A stretch of 64,000 bases of DNA from Octopus vulgaris (GCA_951406725.2 OX597815.1:150598001-150662000), one strand, 5' to 3'; numbered from the stretch's first letter, positions 12,931 through 27,441 are shown. Notes: generated by a model from the letters alone, not told the origin. Numbers and translations: made by a program.

Positions 12931-14514
12931 ATAATGATAACTCCTTAAACACACGACTTGACGTCTCTCTAAACACGTTTTCGGTTCTTTAGAGGCAGAC
13001 CATGATTTTGCACTTCTGATACTCATTAGACACAGAGTATAACTACTCCTTAAACCACACGAATACTCACTAGTCTCACAATGATATTCCTTAGGCAAAT
13101 AACATAACGGTCCCTGATACATAGTACGTAGTAAGATATTTCAGTGACAACCCCTAAGACAAAAGATGTATTCACCCTTATTTTGAACCCAATACCTAAA
13201 TATTTTATTGTAATGAAAACTGTCTGTAACTTTGTTTCAATTTCTGATTGATGTCAATTGATTTTCAAGTTTATGTTAATAATATTCGGGGAGGGGGCAG
13301 CATCGTCTGAGCTTCAGAAGTCAAATATCTCGGCTTTATATATCAGACAGCGCTACTGATAGAATTTGAACAACTCAATATACCACTCGTTGTCTGGAGT
13401 CGTTTAACATGATCGTCTTATTTAGTTTTAGAAAATTGATTCTATCCTGTGTAAAATGACCATAATAGACAATGGTTAAAACTTCCTAAAACTTTTTCTT
13501 TCTATCCCCTCCAGTATTGCAGAAATGAGAGTGGAGAAAATACAGTTTTATCCATTTAAGTAACATTTGTGGTCAATCAATAGCCTTATTAAGTTAATCT
13601 TTCCACTTTGTTCCAAATTTATTTCCTACAACTTAAACTGGTGAAACGCTTAGGATAGAGTGTATTAAACATTAATGAAAGGAAATATAATTATTTCCTT
13701 TTACTCTTTCTCAAACCGGGTTTTTCACCTGGAGCAGATCATGGACAAGTGAAATGTTAATATACAGTAATGTATGATGTTTGGAACACTGTCTGATTAA
13801 CGAAAGGATAAGCCTAACACATGAGTTAATGTGTTTCTATGTGTGAGAATTTATATTCATATAGGTTTCTATGTATGTGTATTTATGTCTATTTACGCAT
13901 GCGCAGTTTTGTTTTTTGTTTTTATATGAAATGTCTTGACGTAAGTCATCGTACAGATGTATATATGCGTACGTATATATTAAACAGCATATAAGATACA
14001 AAGTGGTGTGTGCTAGTATGGTGTGGAGGGTTTTTCTGCAAAACAAAAAGAAAACTCTGTAAGTTTTCTTGCTTTTTGGTTTGTCTTGTTGTTCTTATTG
14101 TTGTTTTGCGAATGTGCACCGTGTGATCTATGTGAATGTGGTGTATATGTTGTGTCTGGGCGGTTAAGCTGGTTTATGTGGTTATTGGGAATCGTGTTAG
14201 TGTGTGGTGACAGAATGTGATGACTGAGTCGTATTTCGTTTAGTAGTTTAGTGCGCTTGGTAGGTGTAACGTATGAAGTGTGTATGGCATCGACGTGCGA
14301 TGGTGTTGACGGAAAGTGTGTGCTGTACTCGTTATATTTGTTTGGCTTGCATATTCATTTTGTGTGTATGCAACCGGCAATTACTGTATGTGTATATATA
14401 TATATGTATGTATGTGTATATGTATGTATGTGAATATGTATGTATGCATGTATTTATTCATGTATGTGTGTATATATTATCTTACACCAGGCTAAACCCA
14501 GTTGGTGTTTGGTG

Positions 14515-14560
<46 letters not shown>

Positions 14561-14849
14561 TCTCTTCCTCTCACTTCTACTCCAGCTTATGCCCTATGCC
14601 CAGAAGTATATTCTCCAGTTCACTTCAGAAGCAACAACTTCCTCGCAGGACTCAGCACAACTATCCAATAACTTGCCAACAATTAGAATTCCTTTAAAAC
14701 TTAGGCAAAAAGCCAATATTTTAGGAGTCAGACATTGTTGATCCAGTGGACTTTATATATTATTAGTACCAATTTTCTTCGCATTAGAAATATTTTGAGG
14801 AATTTTCTATTCCCCCATAAGTATTTGTAGTTAATGTGACATTGTTATT

Positions 14850-15478
14850 AAGGCGGCGAGCTGGCAAAAATGTTAGCACACTGGGCGAAATACTTTACGG
14901 TATTTCGTCTGTCTTTACGTTCTGAGTTCAAATTCCGTCGAGGTTGACTTTGCCTTTCATCCTTTTGAGTTCTATAAATTAAGTCCCAGCTGCGTACTGG
15001 GACTGATCTAATGAACTGTCCCCCTGCCCCAAAATTTCAGGTTTGTGCTTAGAGTAGAAAAGAATATGTTTGCGATTTTAAGGCGGCGAGCTGGCAGAAA
15101 CGTTAGCACGCCGGGCGAAATGCGTAGCCGTATTTCGTCTGCCGTTACGTTCTAAGTTCAAATTCAGCCGAGGTCAAGTTTCCCTTTCATCCTTTCGGGG
15201 TCGATAAATTAAGTACCAGTTACGCACCGGGGTCAATATAATCGACTTAATCCGTTTGTCTGTCCTTGTTTGTCCCCTCTGTGTGTAGCCCCTTGTGGGC
15301 AGTAAAGAAATAGGTATTTCGTCTGTCTTTACTTGAGAGTTCAAATTATGCCGAGTCGACTTTGCCTTTCATACTTTCGAGGTCGATAAAATTAAGCACC
15401 AGTTGCGTACTGGGGCTGATCTAATCGACTGTCCCCCTACCCCAAAATTTTGGGCTTTGTCCCTAGAGTAGAAAAGAA
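14850..15478 (+). mobile_element. SINE family D tandem array (two headed units plus a headless unit)
   Basis: AAGGCGGCGAGCTGGCA heads at about 14850 and 15080; each array ends AGAGTAGAAAAGAAT. Confidence 0.88.
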
Positions 15479-16591
15479 TGTAGCATGGTTATAACTCAGA
15501 AATGAAGCTGGAACTTAATCCTACACAGCCAACTTTTAATAAGCAAATCGCTTATTGAAATTATTCTCGAATGAATTTTATTATTTTCTACAGTTGTATT
15601 CAATGTTCTCGCTTCATATTCGGTACTATACTATTCGGTACGTTCCACGCGAAATACCAAACTCTTGCTGTTTTTCCAATTACTTTGAGCGACTAAATGA
15701 TTGGTTACAAGCAAGCATCATTTGTAGCTTTTATTACGGATTTCTGCTGACTCATTGCTTTAGGACATCTAAAAACTGGTTTTCATTGAGACAGTGTTTT
15801 CCCTTAAGGGTAAAGCTGAAGGGGTGGAGAACAAACGAGATGAGTAAAATGGAGTTAGATAAGTGAAATACTTTCAACTAGTTATAGCAATCAGACTTGG
15901 TCATGACTCACTGGAGGGGATGTTCTTTGCACTGCAGCACTCAACAATTTATGCCACAATAAAACTTGTACAGTTGGTGACGCGTTATTATCAGTGTTTT
16001 TCCCTAAACATTTCGATAATGGTTTTGTTCCATAAGTTATTATCCCTTTTTCTCTACCAGCTTTACAAAGCTTACCAGTGCACATTTATATTTCCAATAT
16101 TGTGAAAATGTAGCAATCAAACTATCGGATGACTTCCAGGTTTGAACATATCAAACAGAAACAGACTTTTCAAGACGACCTCTTTTTTGTTAATGATAAT
16201 TCAAATACGTCGCAATAATATACATCATATACATAATCCCGAGGAAACGGAATTACTGAAACTTCAATCAAATCACTTCTGGATACGTTATGTCAACTGT
16301 TATTCATTTTATTACAAAGTACCTAACTAGATATCTGACTATCGCTTCGTGATATAAACACTGTTCGGTGAGATGGAATTCTGCGGCCGCCTTGGGTGGA
16401 AAGGGTCACTGAATCCGCTTCCCGATAAAAGAGGTTGGAAATCTATAAACATACAAATAAGAAAACAAACTAAAGAAGGGACCTCGACGTTGTCACTCCA
16501 CTTGTTAGAAATAGCAACTATTTTTCTTCAAATCAGCACACATACAGACACATCCACACGCCCACACGGTGCCTCTTATCACATCATTTGC

Positions 16592-16648
<57 letters not shown>

Positions 16649-16649
16649 C

Positions 16650-17030
16650 GTGGCACTCCGTCGGTTACGTCGATAAGGGTTCCAGTTGATCCCATCAATG
16701 GAACAGCCTGCTCGTGAAATTAACGGGCAAATGGCTGAGCACTCCACAGACACTTGTACACTTAACGTAGTTCTCGGCGAGATTCAGCGTGACACAGAAT
16801 GTGACAAGGCTGGCCCTTTGGAATACTGGTACAACAGAAACTTGAAGAAAGAGTGAGAGGAAGTTGTGGTGAAAGATTACAGCAGGATTCGTCACCACTT
16901 CCTGCCGGAGCCTCGTGGAGCTTTAGTGTTTTTACTCAATAAATACTCTTAACGCCCGGTCTGGGAATTGAAATCACGATCCTACGACCGCGAGCCCGCT
17001 GCCCTAACCACTAGGCCATTGCGCCGCCAC
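16650..17030 (-). mobile_element. SINE family B with 3' module X
   Basis: Same head and body as 1294-1577; 3' module shared with 17035-17348. Confidence 0.85.
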
Positions 17031-17034
17031 CTGA

Positions 17035-17348
17035 GTAGGAACACTCCATCAGTTACGATGACGAGGGTCCCAGCTGATACGATGAACGGAACAGCCTGCT
17101 CGTGAAATTAACGTGCAAGTGGCTGAGCACTCCACAGACCCGTGTACCTTTAACGTAGTTCTCGGGAAGATTCAGCGTGACATGGTTGACTCCTTGAAAT
17201 ACAGGTCCTACTCATTTTTGCCAGCTGAATGGACTGGAGCAACATGAAATAAGGTGTCTTGCGCAAGGACACAACGCATCGCCAGGAATTGAACTCATGA
17301 CCTTACGACCGTGAGCCGAATGCCCTAACCACTAAGCCACGCGCCTTC
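17035..17348 (-). mobile_element. SINE family C (tRNA head plus CORE-like segment) with 3' module X
   Basis: Head GTGAAGGCGCGTGGCTTAGTGGTTAGGGCATTCGG...GAGTTCAATTCC followed by GTCCTTGCGCAAGACACCTTATTTC. Confidence 0.85.
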
Positions 17349-17386
17349 ACACACACATACAAACACACACACACACACACACACTT

Positions 17387-17456
<70 letters not shown>

Positions 17457-17474
17457 TTATATATATATACACAT

Positions 17475-17655
17475 ATGCAAACGATGTGATCACAGACACC
17501 GTGTGTTGAAAATAAATAACCCTAGCATGGAAGATACATATTAGCCATTAACTAATACGCAATGAATGTCAACTTCACGTAAACATTTGTTTTTTGATCT
17601 CAAAATTCTCTTCGCACCAACCGCGACCTGGTCCCTGATATGACTTCGTGATATA
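17475..17655 (-). mobile_element. Old diverged copy of the roughly 200-bp hammerhead-bearing element seen at 33478-33715
   Basis: cgtgtgttgaaa...gcatggaag...agccatt...ccgcgacctggtccctga...acttcgtg aligns by eye with the reverse complement of 33478-33715. Confidence 0.6.
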
Positions 17656-18626
17656 TATACTTATATAGGTACACATACAAATCTAAAGATATAAAGAAGT
17701 AACTACACTATATATTGTAACCTTAAATGTTCGTAAAACCGGAACGGTCATAGTCGGAATGCTGTTGGTCATTAATCTTTAACATTAGGACAAACCGTCC
17801 TAATAAGTGTTAATAAGTATTTCGCTGATTTTCAGTATTTCCAAATTTTTCCTTCTTCTTTCAAGTGATGAGAACATGGCGGAAACGCTAACCATGTGAC
17901 GTTGCTCACACAGGTTCTTGCCTGATACCAGTTTAAGCTGAACTCGGAAACAAATAGGGAATAAAGTTTCAAGTTTTCTAAAACAGTCACCGCTTCTTTG
18001 CTGTTGTTATTGTTGCTGTTCTCCTATTTTCCCTGTCTTCAAAGAATGCAAAAGAAAAAAAAAACGCATCCTCTCTTTATTTATTTATTTATTTATTCTT
18101 TTATTCATAAATTGATGCCTTCTGTTAATTTTATTAATTATTTATTATTCCGTTTCATGTTCATCTTCATTTTCACATATCCTTAATAAGCTCTGAAATA
18201 TCTTCTCCTTCTGCAGTGCTGAAAGAGACGAAAAATAACAAAACCAAAAGTAATGCAAAATGTAACAAATGTCCTTCGTCACTCTTCCTGTTTTCCTCCT
18301 GTAGCTTTCATTTCCGCCACAGTTACACTATTGTATGGTTTTGTCTTCTTTCCTCTTTCACTTTCACTTTCTCTTGCGCTCTTTTTTTTTTATATATATA
18401 TTTTGTCATTGTCTTGATTGTTCCTTGTTAGCCTTTTGTTCGGTTCTCCTAGGGAAGCCATTGCTTTCTTTTATATACTATTATATTTTTGTTGCTCTTA
18501 TCTTTACCTCTGCGTCACTTTATCTATTCACTAAAGTTTGTTTTTTTTCTTTTTTCTTTTATCTATCTATATTTTTTTATATCTCTCTTCTGATTATCGT
18601 CTATTCCACCATTCTGAAATAGTAGT

Positions 18627-18759
18627 AGAAGAAGAAGAAGAAGAAGAAGAAGAAGAAGAAGAAGAAGAAGAAGAAGAAGAAGAAGAAGAAGAAGAAGAAG
18701 AAGAAGAAGAAGAAGAAGAAGAAGAAGAAGAAGAAGAAGAAGAAGAAGAAGAAGAAGAA
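18627..18759. repeat. (GAA)n microsatellite
   Basis: About 44 perfect units. Confidence 0.98.
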
Positions 18760-19001
18760 AAGGCATGAGTTTATCTTTTATAAAACTTCTCAGCCTTCAT
18801 TTTCTTTTTTTTTTCTTTTTTCTTCTTTTCAACCAAAATATCACAATCTTAGTCACCCTCTCAGTTCCTGTTGATTGGTCTTCTGGTTCATTCAGCCAAC
18901 AAATCCTCTCATGAATATATTCTTCCTCTTACAATCACCAGTCATCATTAAATAAAAAAAGGACAAAACCAAAAACGGAAGCAAAAACATTCTAATAATA
19001 A

Positions 19002-19036
<35 letters not shown>

Positions 19037-19312
19037 AGGAATTACTTGATTAAAGCACAGAATTAAGTTCGCAAGTATGGGTCTTCCTTGCCAATCGTCT
19101 CCAGAAATAGTTCCATTTTTACTCACTGATCTATTCATACGACTGTGGAATATCCTGTTTTGTTGTTTCTGCGAATGGTTATTGTTTTTCTTAAGCATAT
19201 TTGCTTTTTCTTTTTGCTTTTTTATTGGGGGGGGTTCTTGTTTCGTTTAAATTTGACGGATGTGTTGCAGGTGTATTTCTTAACGTCGTTGTTGTTCATG
19301 ATGATAACGAAC

Positions 19313-19323
19313 ATGATGATGAC

Positions 19324-19378
<55 letters not shown>

Positions 19379-19634
19379 GTGATCATGATGATGATGATGA
19401 TGACATTGACGATAATGATGTTATAAAGAAGTGTTTTAAGAATAGAGCTGTAAGAAACGCTGACGTGTGACAGCGAACTTTTCAGAAGTTTTAAGTGTTT
19501 TACAGCCATTCATTATAACCGTGTGACGTAGTGGAGTGTACCAGCTGCCTTGTGTAATGCACTGGATGTGTAGCATAATCTGCTGTGGTTGTAGTACAGT
19601 GTAGTTTTTTTTGGTTGGGTATGGAGTGGTAGTG

Positions 19635-19711
<77 letters not shown>
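19313..19711. repeat. (GAT)n tract at 19313-19402 and (GTA)n tract at 19635-19711
   Basis: Direct reading. Confidence 0.95.
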
Positions 19712-19712
<1 letters not shown>

Positions 19713-20089
19713 TAATCTAGCGTGGACGTGTAGCGTAGAGCAGAATGATACAGTTGCACAAGAAGTGTCAACTGTTGGCAAGACAAAAGTATTTCGCTTT
19801 GCCAACCAAGTACACTAACAGGTTTACAAGACAATATTGTGTCATACCGTGTGTTAGCAGTGCGATATTTTCGCTTTTAAGTTTATCCCTTTACATTTTC
19901 TATAGAATTCAAAGCTAGAACTGCAAATTGCGACGTTTCGTAAACAAACATAGATAGCATTTTTGTTTTTTTTTTCACATAGATGTATTTTAATACGAAA
20001 CTGCTGTCTCTAACTCTATAGAAAATCTACAGAAACAAACTTGAAAATTGTATAGTAGCTTAGTAATATTATGTAGTGGTCGAGTGTAG

Positions 20090-20507
20090 TACGAAGGAGT
20101 GGTAACAAGTTCCTGGCTTTGGGTAAAACGAAATGTAGGAGCAGCAGTTAATTGTGATTTTATTCAACATATTCCCTTCTCAGATTCATACGTCTTTCTG
20201 CAGCGGTCCTTCAGTTTTTCTAAGCCCTGTAAAAGAACTCGGAAGATTGGACCTCCAGCCAGGCCTTTCAGTCCCGTCCCCCCTACACACATACAAGTGA
20301 TGCTGAAAAGTTCCTGGCTTTGGGTAAAACAAAATGCAGGAGGGGCAGTAATTATGATTTTATACAACATATTCCTTTCATAGATCCACACACTTATTGC
20401 AGCAGTCCTTCAGTTTTTCTAAACCCTGTAAAAGAACTCGGAACGCTGGACCTCCAACCAGCCCTTCGTGATACCCTTAAAGCCAGGAACTTTTCAACGC
20501 CGTTGTA
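20090..20507. mobile_element. Tc1/mariner-derived MITE (20294-20505) preceded by a truncated tandem copy (20092-20270)
   Basis: TIRs ...TGAAAAGTTCCTGGCTTT / AAAGCCAGGAACTTTTCA..., TA on both sides of the second copy. Confidence 0.8.
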
Positions 20508-21171
20508 CAGTACAATGTAATAATGTAATGTTGTAGTACAGTATTGTTTGGTAAAGTAGTATAGTGTATAGTGCATGGTGTAGTAATTCAAAATAGTAAA
20601 AGTTCTTTTAATGTAGTACCATTTTGTTCCGTGATAGTGTAGCAGTATACTATAGTTCGTTAGTGTAGATATGTGGAGGAATAGCATGATGTAATACCGT
20701 GTAGTATAGGATAGTTTAGAGATATAGTGATGTAGAACAATGCAGCTTGGTAGCATATTGTGTTGCCGTGGTCGGCGGCGGCGTTAACTCGTATCTGAGT
20801 AGATCAATATCCAGTGATTAAGTCTTTTCATCTTGATGGGTGCTAAGGACGTAGGTACCTGAGGTGGTTGTTCAGGCCAAGGACTATAAAAAAAGCTGAT
20901 AGGGGGAGTTAATGGGAGACGACGGAGTAGCTCCCACCGCTATCGCTAGATGACTCATGTCCCTCCGCCCGGGACTTTTCAATGTTGCAATATACAGCAG
21001 TATTATAGTGTGTCGCGGTATCGTATACTTCATAATGATGTAATGCAGTGAGAGGCAGAGAAACATATCGTGTAATGTGGTGTAGTTGAACGATGTGGGG
21101 CGTTAGTTTATGGTGCTGGGTAATACAGTGCAGCACAGTTATATAGAATAATAATCAGATATTACATTATA

Positions 21172-22443
21172 TCAGGTCATCCCATAATTTCCGCCCAAAT
21201 TTTGAATAAAGAAAACAAGTCATCAAATGTTATGTTTAATTGAAATGTGATCATCAATGTAGTTTCCCTGATTATCTATGACTTCCTTCCATCTATTTAC
21301 AAGCTTTTTAATCCCATCAATATAAAACTCTTTTGGTTTCAAAGCGAAGAACTCTGAAATGTTAGTTTCGACCTCCTCTTGGCTCGCGAAAGTTATCTCC
21401 CCCAAATGATTCTGCAAACTACGAAACAAATAGTATTCTGAAGGAGCAAGGTCGGGAGAATAAGGTGGATGTAGGATTTTTTCCCACCCAAGCTCTTCGA
21501 TCTTCTGTGATGTGATCTTTGCAGTGTGTGGTCGCGCATTGTCCTGATGAAACATCACTCCTTATTGATTCACTAAAGCGGGTCTTTTTTCTTCAAAGTT
21601 TGGTTCAAAAACTCTAATTGCTGACTTGAGCATTGATTGTTGCATTAGGTGGTAACAATTCAAAATTAATTACTCCTTTGCAATCCCACCAGATAGAGAG
21701 AAGAACCTTCTTCCTATGAAGTTCCCTTCTCGGTTATTGTTGAGCGTTTTCCTTTTACGACGTTTAACATTTCGATAGAAGCTTCATTTTTCGTCATCTG
21801 TCACAATTCTATCCAAAAAGGGTGAAACGAGTTCACGAGAATGGAGAGAAGAGCAGATGTCAACGCGGGATTTGCGGTTGCTTTCGGACAATTCATGAGG
21901 CACCCAATTTCCAAGTTTAGGAACCTTTCAAAGATGTTGAAGATGACGATGAACAGTCGTATGGTTTGAACTAAGCTTTATTGCCAATTCTTCAACTGAT
22001 AATGCAGGGTTTTCTTCAAGTAATGCCTCAAGGAGTTTATCATCAAACTCAACTGGACGTCATGTTCGATCTCCATCTTCAAGGCTGAAATTTCTACTTC
22101 TGAATTTTGCAAATCATATTCTGCAAGCTCTGTCATTCAAGCATTCTTTCCCATAAACTGAGTGTATGTTTCGAATCGCTTCGGCTGCAGAGTTTCCTTT
22201 TCTGTACTCATAAATCATTATGTGCCTCAAATGCTCTTTGGATACTTCCATGTTAGAAAGGGTTTTAATTAAAGAAATTTCAATTCTATTATTCTATAAA
22301 ATAATATTTAATTCGTTTAAATGTACACAAATGCATAAAAATAATTTTAAATTCCATTAGACATTCTAAAAAAAATAAAAAATTTCATGTTTCATTCAAT
22401 TTTAAAAAAATTAAAATCGGACAGAACTTATGGGATGACCTGA
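21172..22443 (-). mobile_element. Near full-length mariner DNA transposon (about 1.27 kb)
   Basis: TIRs TCAGGTCATCCCATAA / TTATGGGATGACCTGA enclosing a transposase. Confidence 0.95.
21223..22251 (-). pseudogene. Mariner transposase pseudogene
   Basis: MEVSKEHLRHIMIYEYRKG..., WVPHEL, RIVTDDEK, HQDNARPH, YSPDLAPSEYYLF; internal stops, frameshifts and deletions. Confidence 0.92.
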
Positions 22444-22479
22444 TTCTAGTAGAACTTCTGTCGTAAGCGACAGATGAGG

Positions 22480-22745
22480 GTTCTGCTATTGATATACAAC
22501 CTGAGCGCAAGATTTGTTTACAATGATCAAATGTTAATGCTACACATTAGTTCCCTATCTCCATCAAATCGACATTACCTGTACAGATGCACAGCGTGCC
22601 ACATGTCAGACGTGGGTGTGATCACAGAACAAAGTGAAATTAAGCGTTTTGCTCAAAAATGCAACGCACCGCCCGATTCGGAGAGGGAAACCACGACCTC
22701 GTAATCGTGAGCATTACACTCTAACCACCAAGCCACGTGCATTCA
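22480..22745 (-). mobile_element. Degenerate family-C-headed SINE with a different tail
   Basis: ctaaccaccaagccacgtgcattcac head; gctcaaaaatgcaacgcaccgccc. Confidence 0.6.
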
Positions 22746-22949
22746 CCTTATAGTACACAACACCATGACGCATTACGAGCCTTTCCACTACTGTAACAAA
22801 CTTCAAGGTCAAGGTTATCGCCATATAGTTGGAGCCAGAAGTTTTATTGACAAATCTAGTTACGACGAAGGAAATAACCCTCAGTTTTGTGGAGAAAAAA
22901 CAGGACCAGATCCCTAAAGGCAATATCAGAGATGTTCCAACTGAATTTC

Positions 22950-23800
22950 TGGTCGAGGAGGAACAAGCACAATTTGCATACCATTTGAAGGAAATATTTT
23001 TGTATTCTAACGCTAATGGAAGTGACTCTCAGTGAGTCACTGTGATAGCGTTAACGTTTCCCTGCTACCATGACAACCAACGTTTCTTCTTTAAGTGTTT
23101 GTCTGAAAGCTGAGTCAACGGAGTGGAGTTGCGACTAGATGAAATATCGAAACAGTTTAAATGCACAAGTCTCCGATATCGAAGAGACAGCAAAATGTCA
23201 GCAGAAGGGCGCCCAGAAAACCTGGCCCACTTCGAGTGTAAGAGTTTAAGAGCTGAAATACTTGCCTTATGGCGATTTTTTGTTTGAAGACCTTCTACTG
23301 TTGAGTTTTTTAAGGGGGTTTCTTAACACTAGTAATAGCCAACATAAAAAATGTTGGCAGCTTGGTTTCTTGATATTTCCAGTGATCGCTACCATAACAA
23401 CCAACGTTATTCCTTAAGTTTGAAAGCTGAATCAACGGAGAGGAGTTGCGATTAGATGAAATATCGAAGTGGTTTAGATGCACGAGCCTCCGATATCAAA
23501 GAGGCTACAAAGCGTCGGCAAAAGAGCACCCTGGAATCATGACCTGGATGCGCACCACTCACTCGCCTTAAAGCATAAGAAGTTAAAGACCGAAATAGTT
23601 GCCTGAATTGTTTTCTTCTCCGAAGACCTTCTGCTCTTCAGCTGTCTTGGGAATCTCTTACCACTAAAAGCAGATACTGGAAAATAGGGAATAAACCAAG
23701 AGAACTACAGCCTTCCCGCAAATCCCTTCTGTCCGCATTGTAATTTCTCAGCTAGATCATGCGCTGGTTTATTGAGGCATGAGTATGCTCCTATCCATAT
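22950..23800 (+). mobile_element. Putative RTE-like LINE 3' remnant with an internal tandem duplication of about 325 bp (about 23065-23335 and 23388-23665)
   Basis: Duplication is evident directly; C-terminal CPHCNFSARSCAGLLRH zinc-finger-like motif typical of RTE ORF2 ends. Confidence 0.45.
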
Positions 23801-23988
23801 TGTTTTTGGTGGCCAGAGGACTGACATGAAGAGTCACAAGCTGAAGTGAATGAATTGTGAGTTATTGTGATGTGACGGTATTATTGATTGTCAATTTGGC
23901 TGGAGTTTTTCTGTCTTCTCGCCAAATGCTCATGCGTCGTGTTCGACTAGAGTCTGTCATGTGTGGATAGATAGATAGACAAAGACAG

Positions 23989-24096
<108 letters not shown>

Positions 24097-24139
24097 CTCT
24101 CACTCTCTCCTGGTTCAACTCGAACTTCTCTTTAGCAAT

Positions 24140-24445
24140 TCTCTATGATAGCAGAGCTGATAACAAAGAAACTGAAAAGACTGAGAAATATTGGGATTTA
24201 GCTAGAGAAGTAAGGAGACTGTCCAAGAGCATGACAACAAATATTCCCGTAGTAAATGGTGCACTTGGAACAACATCCAAAATATTGCCTAAAAGACTGA
24301 AAGGGATCGGGATTGAAGCTCGCATTGTTAAGCTGCAGAGAATCCTAAGAAAGATTCTAGAGAGTTGAGGAGACTTGTTTTCACCAAACCTCGAGATAAA
24401 ATTCCTGCTAACTAAATTAGCATGTACTAGCGTAGTAATAACAAT
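24140..24445 (+). pseudogene. R4/Dong-like non-LTR retrotransposon 3' end (RLE domain)
   Basis: DSRADNKETEKTEKYWDLAREVRRL...IPVVNGALGT...RILRKILES*; ends in a TAATAACAAT tail. Confidence 0.8.
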
Positions 24446-24851
24446 GATTTCAAATTTTAGCACAAGACCAGCAATTTTAAGGAGACGGGCTAGCTGATAA
24501 AATGAAGTATTCGACCGATACCTTATTTTATCGACCCCAAAACGAGGAAAGCCAAAGTCGGTCTCTGTAATGTGGGATAATTCTCCTAGGTGGGTAATTG
24601 CCTTAATACGAAACTCAGAACGTATAAAGCCAGAAGAAATGCGATAAGCATTTTGTCCGACGCGCTAACAATTCTGCTAGCTCCTATAATTGTCTTTATT
24701 TTCCACAAGGTGGCGGCTGAATATAGTTATGGTCCGGGGGCGTATATTCCGGGTGTGTTCGGTGTACGCTCCACACCCAGATAAAATGGCAAATTCATTA
24801 TAAATATTAACCTTGCTCATTAATTTAATCCCAAATTTTAATCAAAAACTT

Positions 24852-24992
24852 TTAGGCGTAGGAGTGGCTCTGAGGTAAGTAGCTTGCTTACGAACCACAT
24901 GGCACTTTGGAAAAGTGTCTTCTATTATAGCCTCGGGCCGAGTAAAGCCTTGTGAGTGGATTTGATAGACAGAAACTGAAGGAAGCCCGTCG

Positions 24993-25053
<61 letters not shown>

Positions 25054-25247
25054 CTATGTTTGCCCCCCTCCCCAACATGGCTTGACAACCGATGCTAATG
25101 TGTTTACGTCCCCGTAACTTAGCGGTTCGGCAAAAGAGACCGTTAGAATAAGTACTAGGGTCAATTTGCTCGACTAAAAGGCGGTGATCCAGCATAGCCA
25201 CAGTCAAATGACTGAAATAAGTAAAAGAGTAAAACAGAGTAAAAAGA
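24852..25247 (+). mobile_element. SINE family A, near full length with internal (TA)n(TG)n
   Basis: Head, internal microsatellite, body and GTAAAAGA tail. Confidence 0.88.
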
Positions 25248-26087
25248 TTTATACTCCCGCTTGAAATTTGGTGGCATTGGGTGTGGCAGGACACCATACG
25301 CTACTGTTATGGTCATGTGTGATATATCTCTTTCGAAAATGTTGCGCCGCAGACGAGGAAAGTCAGCTTGCTATCCATGAACGCCATTTCATCGACATTC
25401 CATTATTGTTCTCTATTCGTCGGTATTTGTCATGAATAGCATCGTCGTAAGAAGGTATGAAGTAAACATCACCTTTATCATCTGGCTGAGTGATATCTTC
25501 AAGGTGAAACAACATTAACTATAGTAGAAACTATTTAAGAATATTTTCAATAAATATGATTGTCTCAATGAATATTTCTTAATTTCCTTTGTTTTTACTT
25601 TAATGTTCAGTAAAAGTTCGTTGGAATACATAATTCAGTAGAAAATATAAAAAAATTGTGAGGTAAAAAACAGCCGCAGGGGATTTCTTTTACTAGACTT
25701 TGAAACTATGAAATAAGTAGCCGCTAGTAACTGTCTCGTCGTTTTCTCTGATCAGTCAGCTCTTTAAGCGATATTTATTGTAAAACAAAGAGAGAAATAC
25801 AGGCAACAACAAAAACGAAGATGGCGACGGCGTCGGCCGTGGTGACGGTGGTGTTAACGGCGACTACCACAGCGACGGAGACTATACTACCAACGCTGAC
25901 TTTGAAATATTACTGACAATGACGGCAGACAAAAAACAAAAACTTCAGCAAGTCGAAGCTGAAGATTATGACAATATTTTTTATTATAATGGTTTTTGAT
26001 AATCTATTGTATTGATGATATTATTTCACAACTACATACATACATACATACGTAATGCATTATATACATCCATATATATGTATGCTT

Positions 26088-26136
<49 letters not shown>

Positions 26137-26436
26137 TATATATATATGCATATGTATGCATTTAAATGCAGATATCTAAGTTTATATGCATACATATATG
26201 TATATACACACATTTATGAATAAACGCATATAGGTAGCCATATATACATGAGTGGATAGGGGGTATACCTATATAACTATATATTTGTGTGTGCGGATGG
26301 GTGTATATATGTGTGTGTGTATGTGTATATATATATGTGTGTGTGTGTGTGTGTATGTGTGTATACTTTTAATATAAGGATAGAATTTTATTAAAATATT
26401 TTATCAGTTGCCAGCATATGAAAAATACTTTTTATG

Positions 26437-26570
26437 TCCCCCAAATGATTCTGTAAACTACGAAACAAATGGTGGGTGTGGAAATTTTTCCCAACCAAGC
26501 TGTTCGATCTTCTGTGATGTGATCTTTGCAGTGTGGGATCGTGCATTGACCTGATGAAACATCACTTCTT
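26437..26570 (-). mobile_element. Isolated mariner transposase fragment of the same family as 21172-22443
   Basis: Matches 21400-21560 with a small deletion. Confidence 0.8.
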
Positions 26571-27361
26571 TTTTATTATGAATTGTAAATACAATTATAA
26601 ATAAGGGAAAAAGAAAAAAAATTCTGTTTGTAGGCCCATCTTTTTCCCGTTTTTAGTCCCTTACTCTTACAGTCGCTTCATGCCTTGTTTGGGGAAAAAA
26701 TTTAAAAACATTTAAAGTCCAACACTATGATTAATACATCCACATTTTGTTTCTGTACCGGATTAATTTCAGATTATGTTGGATTCTACATCCAACAATT
26801 TTCCTACGTTTTCAGCACTAATTTCATAGTATTCACCCATCTGTTAATATTTCCGTGTATGATACAATTTTAATTCGTATTTTTGTCGTTTTACTTTATG
26901 TATGTGTGTTGGGGAAGAGTATGGTCGAACCAAATCCTATGTTTCATTGGTTCATTTAAACGTCGGCTGATTCGCTCTGAAGCTGCATTATCTTGTTTAT
27001 AAGTGGTATCTAAAAGCCAGCCAGTAGTAACTGGTGTAAAAGATTAATAAAAATAGATAGATATGAATCAAATTTCAAAGTAAAACTGTAAATTACACAT
27101 ATTTAGACTTCAGATTATATATGTATTTATATATGTATGTATGTATGTATGTATATATGTATGTATGTATGTACGTATGTATGTATGCATGTATGTATGT
27201 ATGTATGTATGCATGTATGTATGTATGCTTGTATGCTTGTATGTATGTATGTATGTATGTATGTATGTATGTATGTATGTATGTATGTATATACTAACAT
27301 GTGTGAGTTAGTGTCTGAGTGTGCGTATGTATATACACTGGCCGAAACCTATCAAAATTAT

Positions 27362-27441
<80 letters not shown>

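Noticed and set aside
17484-17520. Plus-strand GTGATCA...GAAA as another G3-C8 hammerhead
   Set aside because: No stem I pairing and no palindromic stem III; shows that partial chance matches occur
21223-21558. DD34E in a mariner (YSPDLAPSE)
   Set aside because: A single substitution in a decayed copy explains it
25815-25970. GC-richer ATGGCG-starting stretch as a host exon
   Set aside because: Looks like degenerate trinucleotide repeats; short frame and no splice support
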